From Camelus ferus (lineage: Eukaryota), in NCBI RefSeq assembly GCF_009834535.1, contig NC_045721.1, forward strand, positions 26,164,001 through 26,228,000: 64,000 nt of DNA. Reading direction: 5' to 3'. The notes below the pieces were generated by a model, which saw only the letters and a list, made by a program, of their open reading frames with translations, did no database searches and was not told the origin of the DNA. Shown in pieces: positions 50,350-64,000 of the stretch; within the stretch, counting starts at the first letter, position 1; each line of letters starts with the position of its first letter. A program made the position numbers and the translations under genes.

Positions 50350-53189
50350 GTGAGTGGCAGGTGCCCCCGACCTCACGGCACCCTAGGTCACTGCCGGCAG
50401 CGGCCTTTTAAGGAACTATAATCCTGCAGGTGAGCAATAGAACCAAACGGCATTTCTTTTCATTATAGTGATGAAGGTGTATTTTTATCCGGCGTACTTA
50501 AATATAAGACTGCTGCAGTAAGTGTTAGATGCTGCCTTCCTTGTGAGTGATCACATTTTACAAACACCGAAATCTTAGAATGCTCCAGTATTTCAAATCA
50601 GCTCAAATACAAATCCAGGTCTATGTTTAAAAGCTCAGCCTTATTCCACACCCCAACTATTCAAACCTTCTAATTAGGATCTTGGGAAATTGTGTATTTA
50701 TGTTAAGGATACTGTGTTCTCAAATAATGGCTGTCTTGGAAAGGGAGATTATTATTCTCATAGGTACAAGATAAGCAGTTAAGCCTCTGAGTGGGTTTCA
50801 TAATAAATATGAATAAATAGAAAAATAAAACAATATTAGTATTGTTCAGAGCACTGTGTGATTCAGACATATTTAATATACCATCTGTAGTGGATTGTTC
50901 ACAGGAAATTATCATGCACAAAAACAAGCACTTAGATCAGTGTCAAATTTATAAAATACACAGCTTGGTAAGAATCAACCAGAATTAAAATGGAAAAAAG
51001 GACAAAGGAAAGAATGCTTTGCTGTCTGTGATAATCATTCTCATTCAACTTTTAATGGAACAGATGGTAATTAAGCTCACACTGAAGCGTTTCCCACGAT
51101 CACAAAGGTGAATCAGGAAGGGTCTGGACGTCCAGGAGCCCACAGCCCAGGGGGACAGCACCCCGACGGCCCTGGACAGCCCTGCCTCCCCCTTATTTAC
51201 TCACGGTTCCCAAATTATTCTCAAAAGTGTCCTCACTGAATTTGCACTGAATGTGTCTGTGTTAGGTGTCTGAACTAGTGACCCCCTCCCACATCCATGC
51301 CGGGCGTCCTCACAGGCACCCGCAGGAAGCTCAGGTGTGATTTGCAGACTCAGTCCTGAAGGTCAGAGGCAGAGTGGAGGAGAGAGGATCAGGAACTTCT
51401 GCCTTTTGCTATTTCGGACTTTAGCAGCCAGCATCCTTTTTGTCAGTTTCAAACAGGAATCAGATCTTAAAAACAGGCATTCGCTGACCTCGAGGGGTCA
51501 GGAGTTCACGCATACTCCATGGGTACACCAGTATCCCTGTAGTTTTTCATCCTGTTTGTCCAGCGACCCCCAGGGGAGGACAGCTCTGGATGGGTGTCTG
51601 CTGTGCCACAGACTTTGGTACCCAGGTCCCCCCAGTGGCCGTCCCAGGATAACTGACACCTGCAGGGAGAGCATTCTTTGTAAAAGAGTGTTTGAAAAAC
51701 CAGGCTCCCTGATTCTCGAACCAGCCCATTAGCAGCCAAGTCCCACCCTCATTTGTGAAAAGGATGCAGTGTTGGGCTTTTCCCCACCACGAGCTGTACC
51801 TCCACCTCCATCTTGCTGGTATCAGAGACCAAAATCTGCGGCCAGGGGTTTGCATTGTGTTCTCCACGTGACCTGTGTGGTAAGGAGAGTGACACAGAGT
51901 CGATGGTTACTTTTGTGACCAAGCATTTTCCTGTTTTTTCCTTAACCCCTCAAAGACCTGATATTTTCAGTTAATTTTCCTGTCCTGATGTTTATCTTGC
52001 ACTAACAAAAGAGCTTATCAAAGGGGCTTCTCTCTTTTTAGAAACATTGACGTGTCACATTAGATGCAAACATCTTTCTAAAATTTTTACCTTATTATGA
52101 ACTAATGCCAAGAATTATTTTAATGTATTTATATTAACCTAAATTAAAATGGAGAAAAATTTTCATGTGTCTTCACTTACTTAAAATAGCAATAAGACAA
52201 TTGTATCTTTCCATAAATAATGTTTTTATAGGTAAAAATGACACATTTTCAGCTAGAACTGAAATGAGTAAGAATAGTGTCGTGTTTTAAGATTCTATAA
52301 ATCCTCTTAACGCTTGGCTGGGTTCTCATATCAATTTCTGCACTAACTTTTTTAAAGTTTGTTGTTTGGGCGAAAGAAATTAGACTATGATGTAGTCAGA
52401 AAAAGGAGAAGACTGCAGATCCCTGAAAGGGTACCGGGAGCTCGCTGGAGTTCTTAGGCACAAAGCACGAAGGTTTGTGGTACCTAAGACACACTTTCAC
52501 ATGCGTAATAGACAAGGTAAGGGAGGAATGCATTCAAAGTTTCATCTAAAATTTTTTTCTCTGCCATTTATTTTTGTGGTTGCTAGTACACTTATGTATA
52601 TTTCAAAACCAGCTTTAGTTCAATATTTAATATTATTACTTTTATTTCCTTAGGACAAATAGTTACTCAGTATGGTAACCCCCTACTTTCTCAAAACTCA
52701 GTTAATAATACAAATAATTTAAAAAACAGCCAATTTAATGTTGAAAATTACTAAAGATCTTTAGTTTTACCCCCAAAAAACAGAGTGAAAAAAATTCGAG
52801 CCTTAAAATACGTACAAACATTTCTGAGTTCTACAAAAAAAACCTGTATTAGTTCATTCCTGCTATAATATGTTATTTCATTTTACACTTAAAACACATT
52901 TAAATTTCATTTTTCTCTCATGAAGCCTGCCTTGCCGACACACACAGGAAAACACCGTGTGGGTCCCATGATAGTGCACTTCGCTGCTCGCTGAGCGTGT
53001 GGTAGACCCCAGGAAGTCCACACGCTCTTTAATTTTTAGTAAAATGGCACATTTTTGTAAGCCTGCTTTGCCCCTCTGCGGCAGCTTTCTCCCAGAATAA
53101 GCACCCAGTCTACGTTTGACTGGGACTGAACCAACAAAGCTTCTCTCTCGTGGTTTGGACGTTGTCCCTTTGAGTGAGGGCTTCGTTTT

Positions 53190-53620
53190 GCCTTGGTCCA
53201 GGCGTCTTGGCTCATCGCTGGGCCTGCTAATCCAGCTCCAGACTCGTCTGCACGGCCCGCCGCGCCGTCCGCCGCGCCCCTGCCGGTCCGCCGGGCCCTT
53301 CCCGCGAGGACGTGCCCAGGGGCCTCCTCTTGCCCTTTATTTTATTCCGGACTTAAATGCCGACTTCACAGGTTTGAGAAATACGTCACAATAGGATTTC
53401 TTTTTCGAAGTAGAGGATTTCAACATGAATATGATGGCAGAATTGAAGGAACGGGGAAAGAGCCCCTTCTGCAGGTGGCCGGACGCCGCCGCGAGGTGAG
53501 GAGACACCGCAGCGCCAGCAGCAGAGCCGGCCGCCCCGCGCCGTCAGCCGGGCGTCCTCCGTCCAGGACGCGCGTCCTCGTGCAGGACGCCCTCAGGGTT
53601 CAGAGGAGACGCTAGACTGC
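53190..53620. other. Intronic CpG-island-like patch
   Basis: 15 CpG counted in 53221-53320; ccgccgcgcc repeated at 53257 and 53269; second dense block at 53470-53600. Confidence 0.7.
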
Positions 53621-54649
53621 GTGTGTGGAAGCATCTTGAATGGACGTGGAGACACCAGACTTAATGGGCTCGTTCTGGAAAACTTGAGGCGAGAAGAGAA
53701 CACGGAAATAGAGCTTCCCCTAGGATGTCTGACAGGAGATTTTGCTTTGGTTTTTAGTGGTGAGGGGCGTTCCTTTTAATTAGGGGGCTTTTCCAGGTTG
53801 GTGCTGCTAAGTCACTAATGCGTCATTACGGTGTTGGGTTTACTGCTAATCAAATCTCTGCATCTGAGACCCCACTGCCCAGCTGCTGAGCAGCTAACGT
53901 TTTGCTCCACTGGCTCTTCTTTGTAGTCTAGTGAGCCTTGCTAGGGGACAAGCCTGAGCAATTTTGTCACCGGGATATTTTCAACAGGGGCTAAAAGAGC
54001 AGGACAGATGCCCGCAAAAACGAGCCCGCTTCCCGCTCGTCTGCCATTAGAGGCGCGTCAGGACCTCCCTGCTACCTGACACACTTTTGACTAAAGCCGG
54101 GGTTTCAAAACATGGTCCATTATCCTCAGTGGCTATAAATGGATCTTTAAATATCATAGCTCAAGGTGAAGTTCATAGTATGTTTGAGAAAAGGCTTAAT
54201 GAAAAGTTCATAACTAATTATAAAAAACCTAAATCCGACTCAAGTCCAGTGACATTTGGTAGAGCAAACAAGTTAGCAATATCACTAATGCATAAGAAAT
54301 GGCCCTGTAAAAGTTCAGAAAGCTCGGAAACTAAGAAATCGTGGCAGCTCCCTCAACAGTAAGCAAGTTCTGATCATGACATACTCTGAGCTGAACTTTC
54401 CAAATCCCTGGTGAGCGGCGCCCCCTAGGACACACATCGCTTGGCTGTGGGCTGTGTCTGTCTGCCTGTCTAAAAGGGAGCCCGGATTATGCATCTTGGG
54501 GTGAAATCAGCTTAATTCAAAAGGCTGGTCTAAATGGTAAATTTTTCTTCACTTGAATGATCCACACAGGTTTTCAGACTTTGGATTCATGCCCACGAGT
54601 TGGTCCTGAGACAGACTTCACTGAGAGGTAACCCTGACCCGGCCCTGGT

Positions 54650-54855
54650 CGGTGCAAGGCACTGTTTAAGTGTTTACACGTGTCCTCTCTTGGAAGCCAG
54701 TGCACAACCCTGTTCGGCACCTGCTGGTATTACCTTTAGGAGATGAACCATGAGGGCTCAGAGACAGAGAAATGGGCCAGCATCACCGAGATGGTAACTG
54801 GCAAGCCCAGCGGAGCCCGGGCGGCCTGCAGCCCGAGCCTGCGCTCCTGATCGCT
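54650..54855 (-). mobile_element. MIR SINE, antisense
   Basis: ggcactgtttaagtgtttacac...gagatgaaccatgagggctcagaga...gcatcaccgagatggtaactggca resembles antisense MIR. Confidence 0.7.
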
Positions 54856-55850
54856 CCTTTTGCTGCCTCTTACCAGTTTCCGTTAATAAGGACTCAGTCA
54901 TCTCTGGCTACGTGGTGGCTTTGTCCTAAGCCCTTTGCACATAAAAACTCACTCAGTGCGGCAGGATCCTTACCACTGCTCTCAGAAGAGCTCTTCAGAC
55001 ATGTCCGTCTCACCTGTTGGAGCACATCTCAGCCTCTGAAGAGCAGCTGGCCTTGGTGACTTCGCCGTCTCTTCCTCCCTGAGAGTCCACTGATTTTCTT
55101 GTGCTGAAACGCTTGTGGGTTGGGAGCGGACAGGGAGTCAGGTGGTGCGATCCGTGTCTGTAATGAAGGCGACGACGTCATGTCTCCTCAACTGGAGTGA
55201 TCCTGGGGGAGAAGTGAACGCTGCCGGCGGTGACGCTGGGACACATGTGCCAGCTGCGTCCACGTGGCTGTCCCCCTGCTGCCTCTGAGCGTCTACACTG
55301 TGTGCTCTTTAATTTTCAGAAAGGCTCCACATGTCTGTATAGTCAACATTTGTATGGAGCCCACAACCCCGACAATTCATGCAAGGAAATGAAAGAAGAA
55401 GTGATTTCCGTCCTTCTGCTGTAGTGGTGCAGTTTGAGTTCCACACTGTGTACCAGCTGATTGGTTTGGGGAACAAACATCCAAAGTTCTTAATTCCAAC
55501 CTGGCAGATGTAGGTGTCCAGTAACGATTAATGTGACTCTTGTGATTGACGGAGAAAAGTGGACAGACAGCCAACGCCTCTGATTGATTTGCTTGCGTGT
55601 ATGTTTGTATTTATTCAAGAAAAGTTTAGCTATCTGTGAAGATGAAAAAATAGCAATGGCTAATTGAGGAAGTTTATAATATTTTGGATTCCACTCTAAA
55701 CTTTCAAGTTTTCATTTCAAGGATATAAGAGAAAAAAAATTTAGCTTCCCAGGTGGTGGATCTGTCTCCCCCTAAGCCGACGCCCCCTACCCTGTGGGCT
55801 TAAGATTCAGTCGTTTGTGAACAAAAGGGTCGTCTGCAGACCTGAAATAA

Positions 55851-56081
<231 letters not shown>

Positions 56082-56933
56082 TAATTCAAATAAACCTTAA
56101 AAATAGAGGGTGGTTGGGCAAAGCATGACACTTCTTGTTATAAATGCTCTGACAGAGTGTCACTAAATCCTACGTGGGCTTTTAGTGCCCCACTTCACAA
56201 TATGACTTCTTTAAAGTCTGAGCAACGAATGCAGGTCACATATCACCGTCAGTAACATAAAGGCCATCTGAGAGTGCTGGGATGTCACTGCACTTAAATG
56301 CCATCATGATTTTAGGGCACACACACATACATTTCAAAATTATTATGCATTTTGTTATCTTTTTAAAGTTTTTTAAATGATGGCAACAACTTAATGTGAC
56401 ACCCATGGCAGTCAGAATTTTTTAAAATTCAAACTGTGCCTAATAACTTGGTCTTCTTTTTCCTGAGGATTAACATTTTTCTGCATGAGAATTTTTAAAA
56501 ATCAGGTTGAAAAATTTTCCATTGAAAAATCTTGTGAATAAATGTGTGAAAATTATTGAATAAGCAGCTTAAAGTGCAACGATTTCTGAGGCTCCTTTAA
56601 GGCCTCCAAGTGCTTTGTAAGTGTGCCGGCCGCCTTCAGTCCTGCAGAACCTTCTCTGCGACCTCAGCAACTCTGCAGTCGCTCAAACGCAGTGGGAGCT
56701 GGAGAGCTCAGGCTTCTGAACCTCTGAGCAAGGCTCACTTCGTGAACTAAGTCAGGACCAGTACGTTTTAAACAGTAAACTCTCTTCTTTTCCCTGGAGA
56801 GAGTTTGAAGAAATACTCCGGAGACTTTGAAGGAAGGATGAACCTAAAGTAGGTTAGTCGTCCCCGAGAAAAGCAACCAGCCGAGGAAGGAAGTCCCCAC
56901 GCTTCCCTGTGGGACGGCTTCCTTCACGGTGTT

Positions 56934-56954
56934 GACCCAGGACCCAGGACCCAG
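56934..56954. repeat. (GACCCAG)3 short tandem repeat
   Basis: gacccag gacccag gacccag. Confidence 0.85.
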
Positions 56955-59900
56955 ACCGCGGCTGCCTGAGTGCTGTGTGTGTGTATTCGTGTTGAGTGCA
57001 GTCACTTTGTTTTCAGCCGACTGTGAAATTTCTCCGGAATATGTGGTGCTTCATGAAAGTCACGCTTCGGAGATTCCCTGTGCTTTCGTGAGGGTTCTTA
57101 CGGAACTGGCCGTGGAGCAGTGCTCCCCGCGATGTAGACGTGGCTGGGGACAGCTTTTCTGTCAGCTGCAGTGGCGCTTGGAGCCGCAGCAGGGGAGCGG
57201 GTGACCTAAGGAAGCTGCATGTCTGCCATGCACTGTGAGACGGAAAGTAGTAACTTGCACTTGGTCAGTGCCTTCCTGCTTACGAGCACCTTGTCTTATC
57301 GGCCCTTCCGGGGACTGCGGGTGCAGGGAGGGCGGTGGTCGCCTCAGGGAGCTGCAGTTTACGTGCCTGTTAGATCCCTGGGCCGGCTTGGGGCTTACTG
57401 ATTGCGATCAGCCGTTCCCTGCTTTGTGGCTTCCCTCTGACTGAGGTTTGGACTCCAAGGGGAAGAGATGAGATGCGTGTGGAGTGGCCAGCTGGACGGA
57501 GATGCTGGCAGGTGTGGGGTGCAATGTGGCTCAGGAGCCTTGGGAGGAGGGAACACTCAGAAGGGCTTTACACAGAAAACCAGGTCAAATAAAATGTCCA
57601 GATCACAATGCAGGAAACATCAGTGTTGTGGGACTTGGAGACGGTGCGTAAGGAATAGTGTAATTGGAGGAGACACAAAGCACTTAAAAGGAAAAAAAAC
57701 ACAATTAGAAAAGGGCTAGAAATGGTGCAGAGTCACATGTCTATAAATCAATGAGTGCAGAATGGGTAATAAATTAAGTTAAAGATTTTGAAAGTTTGTA
57801 AGCACGGTCTCACACCTACCACTGAGACCTGAAGGGTTAAAATCCCTACTACACGTCACGGCAATGAAGGGGGATCTCTTCCTGGAAAACGGATCGCTGA
57901 TGGATTGCTGTGGTTAACATAGTGTACCCGAGCAAGAATGCGTCCACAGGACGGGGAAGGCGGTGCGAGGCACAGCGGGCAACATGGGGAGGCGACAGAG
58001 GTCAGGCCAGCGCTAGAAGAGGTTACGAGACGCCCAGACAGACAGCGGGTTGGAGGCTGCAGTCCTGCTCCAGGCGCAGGTGTCTGACAGAGGAGATGTT
58101 GGCCCCCTCCACATCCCAGGCATTAACTAGACGCCCTATTTTGGACACAGTAATTTGAATGGTGCTGTTAACCGATGACTAAAAATTAGTTTTATCGCGT
58201 TGAACTCACATGGAAGCACATTGTAAGTGCTTAGTACTCGTATTTACAGATAAGAAATAAAAACAAATTAGAGCTTAGGAATCTGCACAACTCTGCAAAA
58301 CCAGTCACACCTATCAAAAACGGCTTTTAAACACAGGCGATTTGACCACAGGACACAGGCTTCTGAACGTCAGGGCATGTAAGGAGCGGTTATTTCCAGT
58401 GATTTCCAAGAGGGCAGAGTCTGCCAGGTTCCTTCCTGACCATCGCAGCAGAACTGGCCCAGCCGGGAGCGGACATGCCCCAGTGCAAGTGTGACGTTAA
58501 CGGCGGGAGAGCGGGACTCAAGGAGATGGAGGCTGATCTTTGTCTGACGTTTGCGAGCTGAGACGATGCTGCACTTGAGGTCCCTCGTCTGAATCCTAAA
58601 CTGGGAGCTTTGCAAGGCGGGCTGGGCAGCCCTGTGTGCAGCGGTCACCATAGCCTTGCGGTGGGCACAGCCACGCGTGCGTGCAGCCGAGCGCGTTTTC
58701 ACAGACGGTCGCCCCAGCCTGAGAGTCAGCGCTAGCACCCCTGCCTTGCTGCCGGGGCCCCGGGGCGCTGGGAGCTGCCCGGACGCGTTCTCACGGACCG
58801 TCCGTGCTGTGCAACGCGACACGGCCCCCCACGCCGGAGGATGACACGGGAAGGCTGACCCCACGTCTGCTCCGCAGGCGGCCTGTAATCCCTCAGGGAG
58901 GTGTGTGGACCCGCGTGCCCCCGTCGTTTCCCTCTGTTTATCTTCCCCGTGGTAGTCTGCGCTGAGCCCGACAGAGAGCACACAGACTAACGAGGCTGTG
59001 CCCTGTGGCCCGGGCCTCCTGCTGGAGACCCTGTGCTAATCTTTCAACACCGTTTACATCGTCTGGACTTTCTGAGCACATGACGCTGCGTCCTCTCAGC
59101 GCGTCGCGCCTTTATCTGCAGTGCTGGCAATGGCAGTGACATGGAGAGGTTTCCCACTGAAGAGCAGTATCTCTTTTTATGAAATGATTTTGCTATAATA
59201 GGAGACACGTTTGCATTTGCTGCTTTATAACGGCCTTGGAGAAGATGAATTCTTTTGTAAATATAATATCACGGGGTGACAGCTGTATGGCCAAAATCGC
59301 TGGATGACATGATTCAAAACAGTATTGTTAGGCTGTATTTTTTTTATAGTAGTTAGAGAATAAAACTGGGAAGTATTCAGATGCCTTGTGTTTTATGAGA
59401 GGTCCGTGTAAAAACCTTTAATAAAACAGCTGATTATGGCAGCACTAATATTGCAGTCAAAAGATGATGTTCGAGCAAAGAGACCAACCTCCCCGTCCCC
59501 CCGCCCTGGTCTGTGCTGTACAGTTTGCAGGGACCATGCAGGCTCTGTGACGGCAGGGAAGGGCGCGTGCTTGGAACACTCCTTGCTAATCCCCACCTTT
59601 CACACCTGTTCCCTCGGTGGCTGGAGGGTCACGTCGCCGTGTTGTCCCCCCACAAGTGCTCCTGTCTGTGTTTCCGAATACTATCCAGTGAGATTCATTC
59701 AAGTCCTCAGGAGATGTTGCACACATTGGAAAAGTTAATAGGAAGTGGTTCGTTTTTTTTCCCTTTTTTTAAGAATTACAATCAAATGAATAAATAAGAT
59801 AAAAAGCAAGTATCTTTAATTTAAAAGTTAAGATTAATGAATGGCAGGAGAAAGGTCTACACAAAGTGCTTCCAGAATCCGGGCAGGGAGTGAGAGTCTG

Positions 59901-62429
59901 AAAGGGGAGGTGGCATGGAGGAAATCACTTTGATGAGGACAGAGTCCAGCATGCAGAAGGGAACTAGGGTCACCCCAGACACAGGAGCCACAGAAACACC
60001 GCTGTGGAAACGCCCAGCTGTGCGGCAGGTGATCCTGATGCTGCAGGAAGCATGAGTCCCCGAACAAAGCGGGTCCTGGGCTCCCGCTCCTGGTGGTCGC
60101 AGGACAACGCGGGTCTGCGCGATGGCAGCTGCAGAACCCCCGCCCTTTTAGGGACCCCTCCTCTAGATCAGGTGGGGCCGAATGCTGGTGCACTGCCCGT
60201 GGCACTGCCCTTAGGAACCAGTCTCAGAGCGGAGGCCAATAGGTAAGAAAATGATATTTCTATCTGCTGGTTTCCAAACAAAGAACCCTAGCAGTGCGGG
60301 TGTCGCACACGGGTGGTCCTGGGGAGAGTGTCTCTTGCAGGGAAAGTGAAAACGGGCGACTTCCAGTTCAGTGTTAACGGGCAGTGATCCGTTTAGGGCG
60401 TGTGGAAGGCTGCCTTCATGGGGCGGGCTTGGATTGAGGAACGCGACCGTGCCCAGGCCGACCAGACAGTGAGAGAAATTTCATGCAGAGGGCAGTGTAC
60501 GCAAAACAGCAGCGGTCAAAGGCATGGTCCCCTGAGGGACCACGTGAAAACAGGCAGAGGGGAGGCTTCTGAAGGCCCAGAGACTCCCCTATCAGGGTGC
60601 AAAGGACTTTTCTTTGTATCACGTATGGTTTACAATAATTGCCATTGACTGATGTGTGTCAGAGACTTGACACAAATGCGTTTTGTGGCGAAGGGATGGG
60701 CCGTGGTTGGGGGTGTCACGAGCAGCGCGAAGTGCTGGCAGTGAGTCTAGGGGACTGCGCTCTCGGTGACTTCAGCCCGGCGGCTCAGCGTTGGCCCTGG
60801 GAGCTGCTCGTGGAAGAGAAACAGTCTCGTTTGCGGGTACTTGGAGGCGTTCCTTTACTATGCACAGATCTGGAGACTTAAGTACATCCATCCATGTTTA
60901 ATGCTAACAAGTGTGTTCCCTGAACGAGGGGGTTCTGATCCATCTGACATTTCACGACCGTTCATTAACCCTCAAGCAAAACTTGTCAGCTGGCGTCAGA
61001 ACTCACGGCCAAGTACCCCGCCTTCAGCCCCAAGCCGGTTGCCGCCGGAGTGGGCAGAATGAAAGCGCGTTTCTCATTCTCCTGCAGGCATGAACCCTTA
61101 CACTGCTTATTATTTTGTTTTCAGCAATAAGCACCAACAATCACAAAGCAAATACGAAGGTGGAATAGTTGGTTTGCAGATTTTCTAAAAATGTATGAAT
61201 GTATTCAATTCTAATCCCCAAACCAATATTTAGTATTTGTTCGGACACAGACTGGCACGGTGAAAAGGTGACTGGAGAATAGGGGGCTCTGGTGGGGGGA
61301 CGTGAGTGTGAGACAGTGACCTTATACAGAGGGGGGTCCGGTTCGCAGCTCCTGTCAGTGATGCCGCCTCCACACCGAGGGATGCGGGGCCGCTCAGCCC
61401 AGCGTGGGGCACACCTGTAACTTGGGAGGCAGGGGACCAGCGCGTCCACTGGTGGAGTGGGCTTCTGTGGGGTCAGTGCAGCTTTACTAAATGTCCAAGT
61501 CACAGAATTCGCTTCTAAAACTGCACGAGTCTGTGTAGTTGTCGGTGACTCTAATCTCCTCGCCTGAAAAAGCTTGAGCAAAGCATCCAGTCTCTGCATT
61601 TGCCGTGATTTTAGGGGAAGTGGCCGACTGACATCTGCCCTGTGTCCGTCACTCAGAGTCACCACCGACAGTCAGTTCAGCTTTGTCAGTTTGCAGACTG
61701 TGATCATTGCAGCGTCAGAAGCAAACAGTGGAACGCAGTCTGGAGAGAGAGCTAGACATTGCCAAGTCCCACCTCTGGGTGAGACTCCACCTCTAAAACG
61801 TCACTGCACGTCACTGCGTTCTAGAAAGCACAGTGCAGACGGGACAGCAGGTGTAGGAGCTGGGGGACGGAAGCGGGTTTCCCCTAAATGCACTCTACCT
61901 GCGGGGCACCCCTCCGCTGGGCCCGAATCCCTCCCTTGAGCCCGAGACTTCTATTTGCAACTGATTATGGGACAGTTGCCCCTAGACATCCTTTCAGACG
62001 TAACTCAAGTGTGCATTTGTTGAAGTTGAACTTTCTGATACCAGTCCTTCCTTTGGAATTCCAAAATAGGTCAGGACCCTAGTCTCTCACCCTGGAAATC
62101 CTTCCAGCCTTGAACCTGTTCACTTTAATCCCAAGGGATTCACTTTAATCCCCCTTTCTTTTGGCTTTTATCTGGAAATAGAATAACAGGATAAACAACA
62201 TAAAATACCAACAAGAAACAGCAGCAAAAGAAGTAAACGGAGAAATCGTAGCCGGGGAAATAATCTTCTAACAACTTCACGTTGGAAGTACTACTTCCGT
62301 TACCCACAATTGTTGAGGAAAATTAGCAATTTGAAAAGAAACACTGTATCAAATAAAAACATATATAAATGGAAAAAATTCCAGTAACGTTTCCATTCAG
62401 CAGTGTCACCCACTTGACAGTAAAGATAA

Positions 62430-62693
<264 letters not shown>

Positions 62694-63335
62694 TAGGCAT
62701 CCTCAGGTCCTGACAGAGACACATTTGATCTCAGAGGAAAGGAGGGAGCATGGCTGCTCCTGCTGGCTGTCTCCCATCCTCCCCAGCCCACCTCCTCCCA
62801 GCGCCGCCCCCAGCCTCTGGCTACGATGTTTGCTCAGCAGCTCAGCCCACGTGGGTCCCGGCATGAGTGACGGCAGACACTCATTCCCCGACTCTGACTC
62901 AGCGCAGGAGCTGGGAACCAGGGCCGACCAGAGCGGGGAAAGGCTGGTCTGAGTCTGCAGGTGGCTGTGCACGGGCCCCAGGGGAGCCGCAGCCCTCGTC
63001 TTCCGTGTCCTTCCGTGTTTGTGTCTTTGCTTCGTCAAGAACGTGGAGGGCCTTGTGAGCAGGCCTCCCTTAGAAGAAAGAGGCAAAACCCTATGTGACA
63101 ATTGGCCCCAGACTTTATAACTTCAACGACAAGTGCTGACTGCTAGTTTTAGAAGAGATGGTAGAGATTGCAAAATTCGTTTTAATTTAAACCAATTTTT
63201 CCCCTAATAATGATCTTTATTTCCCCTAACAGAGAGAATGCTGACGTAGCTATAGGGCACTGACAGGTGTTCTCTGTGGTAAATGTACAAAGTTCAAGGG
63301 TGAAAGCTGACCATGATCCCCGGCTTCCTCCGCAG

Positions 63336-63509
63336 CCATCACCTGCGGCCACCCCGGGAACCCCGCCCACGGCTCCACCAACGGCAGCGAGTTCAACCTG
63401 AATGACGTGGTCAACTTCACCTGCAGCACCGGCTACTCGCTGCAGGGGGTGTCCCGGGCCCAGTGTCGGAGCAACGGCCAGTGGAGCAGCCCCCTGCCCA
63501 CCTGCCGAG
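63336..63509 (+). CDS. CSMD1: CSMD1 exon 15 (174 nt), Sushi19: PITCGHPGNPAHGSTNGSEFNLNDVVNFTCSTGYSLQGVSRAQCRSNGQWSSPLPTCR
   Basis: cttcctccgcag|CC and CGAG|gtagga. Confidence 0.96.
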
Positions 63510-64000
63510 GTAGGAAGGCTTGGGGTGGGGTGTAGAGGGCGCGTCTGCGAGCAGCACCGGGCTGGAGCCCCACCTGCAGGGCCAGGGCTCCTGCGGGCAT
63601 TCTTCGTGGCAGTGTGAAAGCCTCTCTAAAACAGAGCGCAGACCTCTCCGCGGCCTATGTCTTCCCCGTGGCCGGATGTTCAGTCCAGAACACCTGGTAG
63701 TCTCTCCTGCCGACCCGTCTTCCACTTGTCTTTCTGTTCATTTATTTGCTTATTTATGTCAACCACCTACAGTCAACGGCTCCGGTCCTTAAGCTTCTAG
63801 ACTTACCGATGTATTTAAGGACTTCTTACTGCTTTTAAACCTCAACTATAAAAAATTCACTTTAAAAGTTGTCCCATGGCTCTGCGCTCACCCCTGAATT
63901 TTGCAGGCAGTGCTGTTGTGCAGGCTCGTGTTCGCAGATGTTTGAGCTCACGTGTTCGGGGTCACGCTTCCGTCGCTTTCCCTGAAAACATCTCTCCCAC

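Noticed and set aside
58370-58981. 203-aa minus-strand ORF in a GC-rich patch
   Set aside because: Stop-codon depletion from high GC explains it; no domain or codon signal

Overview
Mammalian genomic DNA, probably camelid (inferred from the 3' end of the youngest L1, which resembles alpaca/camel L1 as I recall it; no database search was run). The window lies entirely inside one large + strand gene, CSMD1 (CUB and Sushi multiple domains 1). I could splice 15 consecutive internal coding exons (1445-63509, 2463 nt = 821 codons, all introns GT-AG, one continuous open frame). They encode CUB-Sushi-CUB-Sushi-CUB followed by six Sushi domains, i.e. approximately CUB12 to Sushi19; start and stop codons lie outside the window. 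Introns carry a young 5'-inverted (twin-primed) L1 with three N blocks, two short sense L1 3' ends, two old antisense L1MC-like copies, MIR, L2, MLT1 and MER21-like LTR relics, simple repeats and several CpG-rich patches. Apart from exon and L1 pieces, the ORF track appears to be noise. I found no prokaryotic-type system, RNA gene or CRISPR array, and no convincing wholly new biological system. The most notable signals are (1) patchy, strong AT-to-GC drift that affects repeats, splice signals, GC3 and apparently the CSMD1 protein, consistent with GC-biased gene conversion; (2) an extra, probably unpaired cysteine in one CUB domain; (3) a textbook twin-priming L1 junction; and (4) several splice-site and structural oddities.
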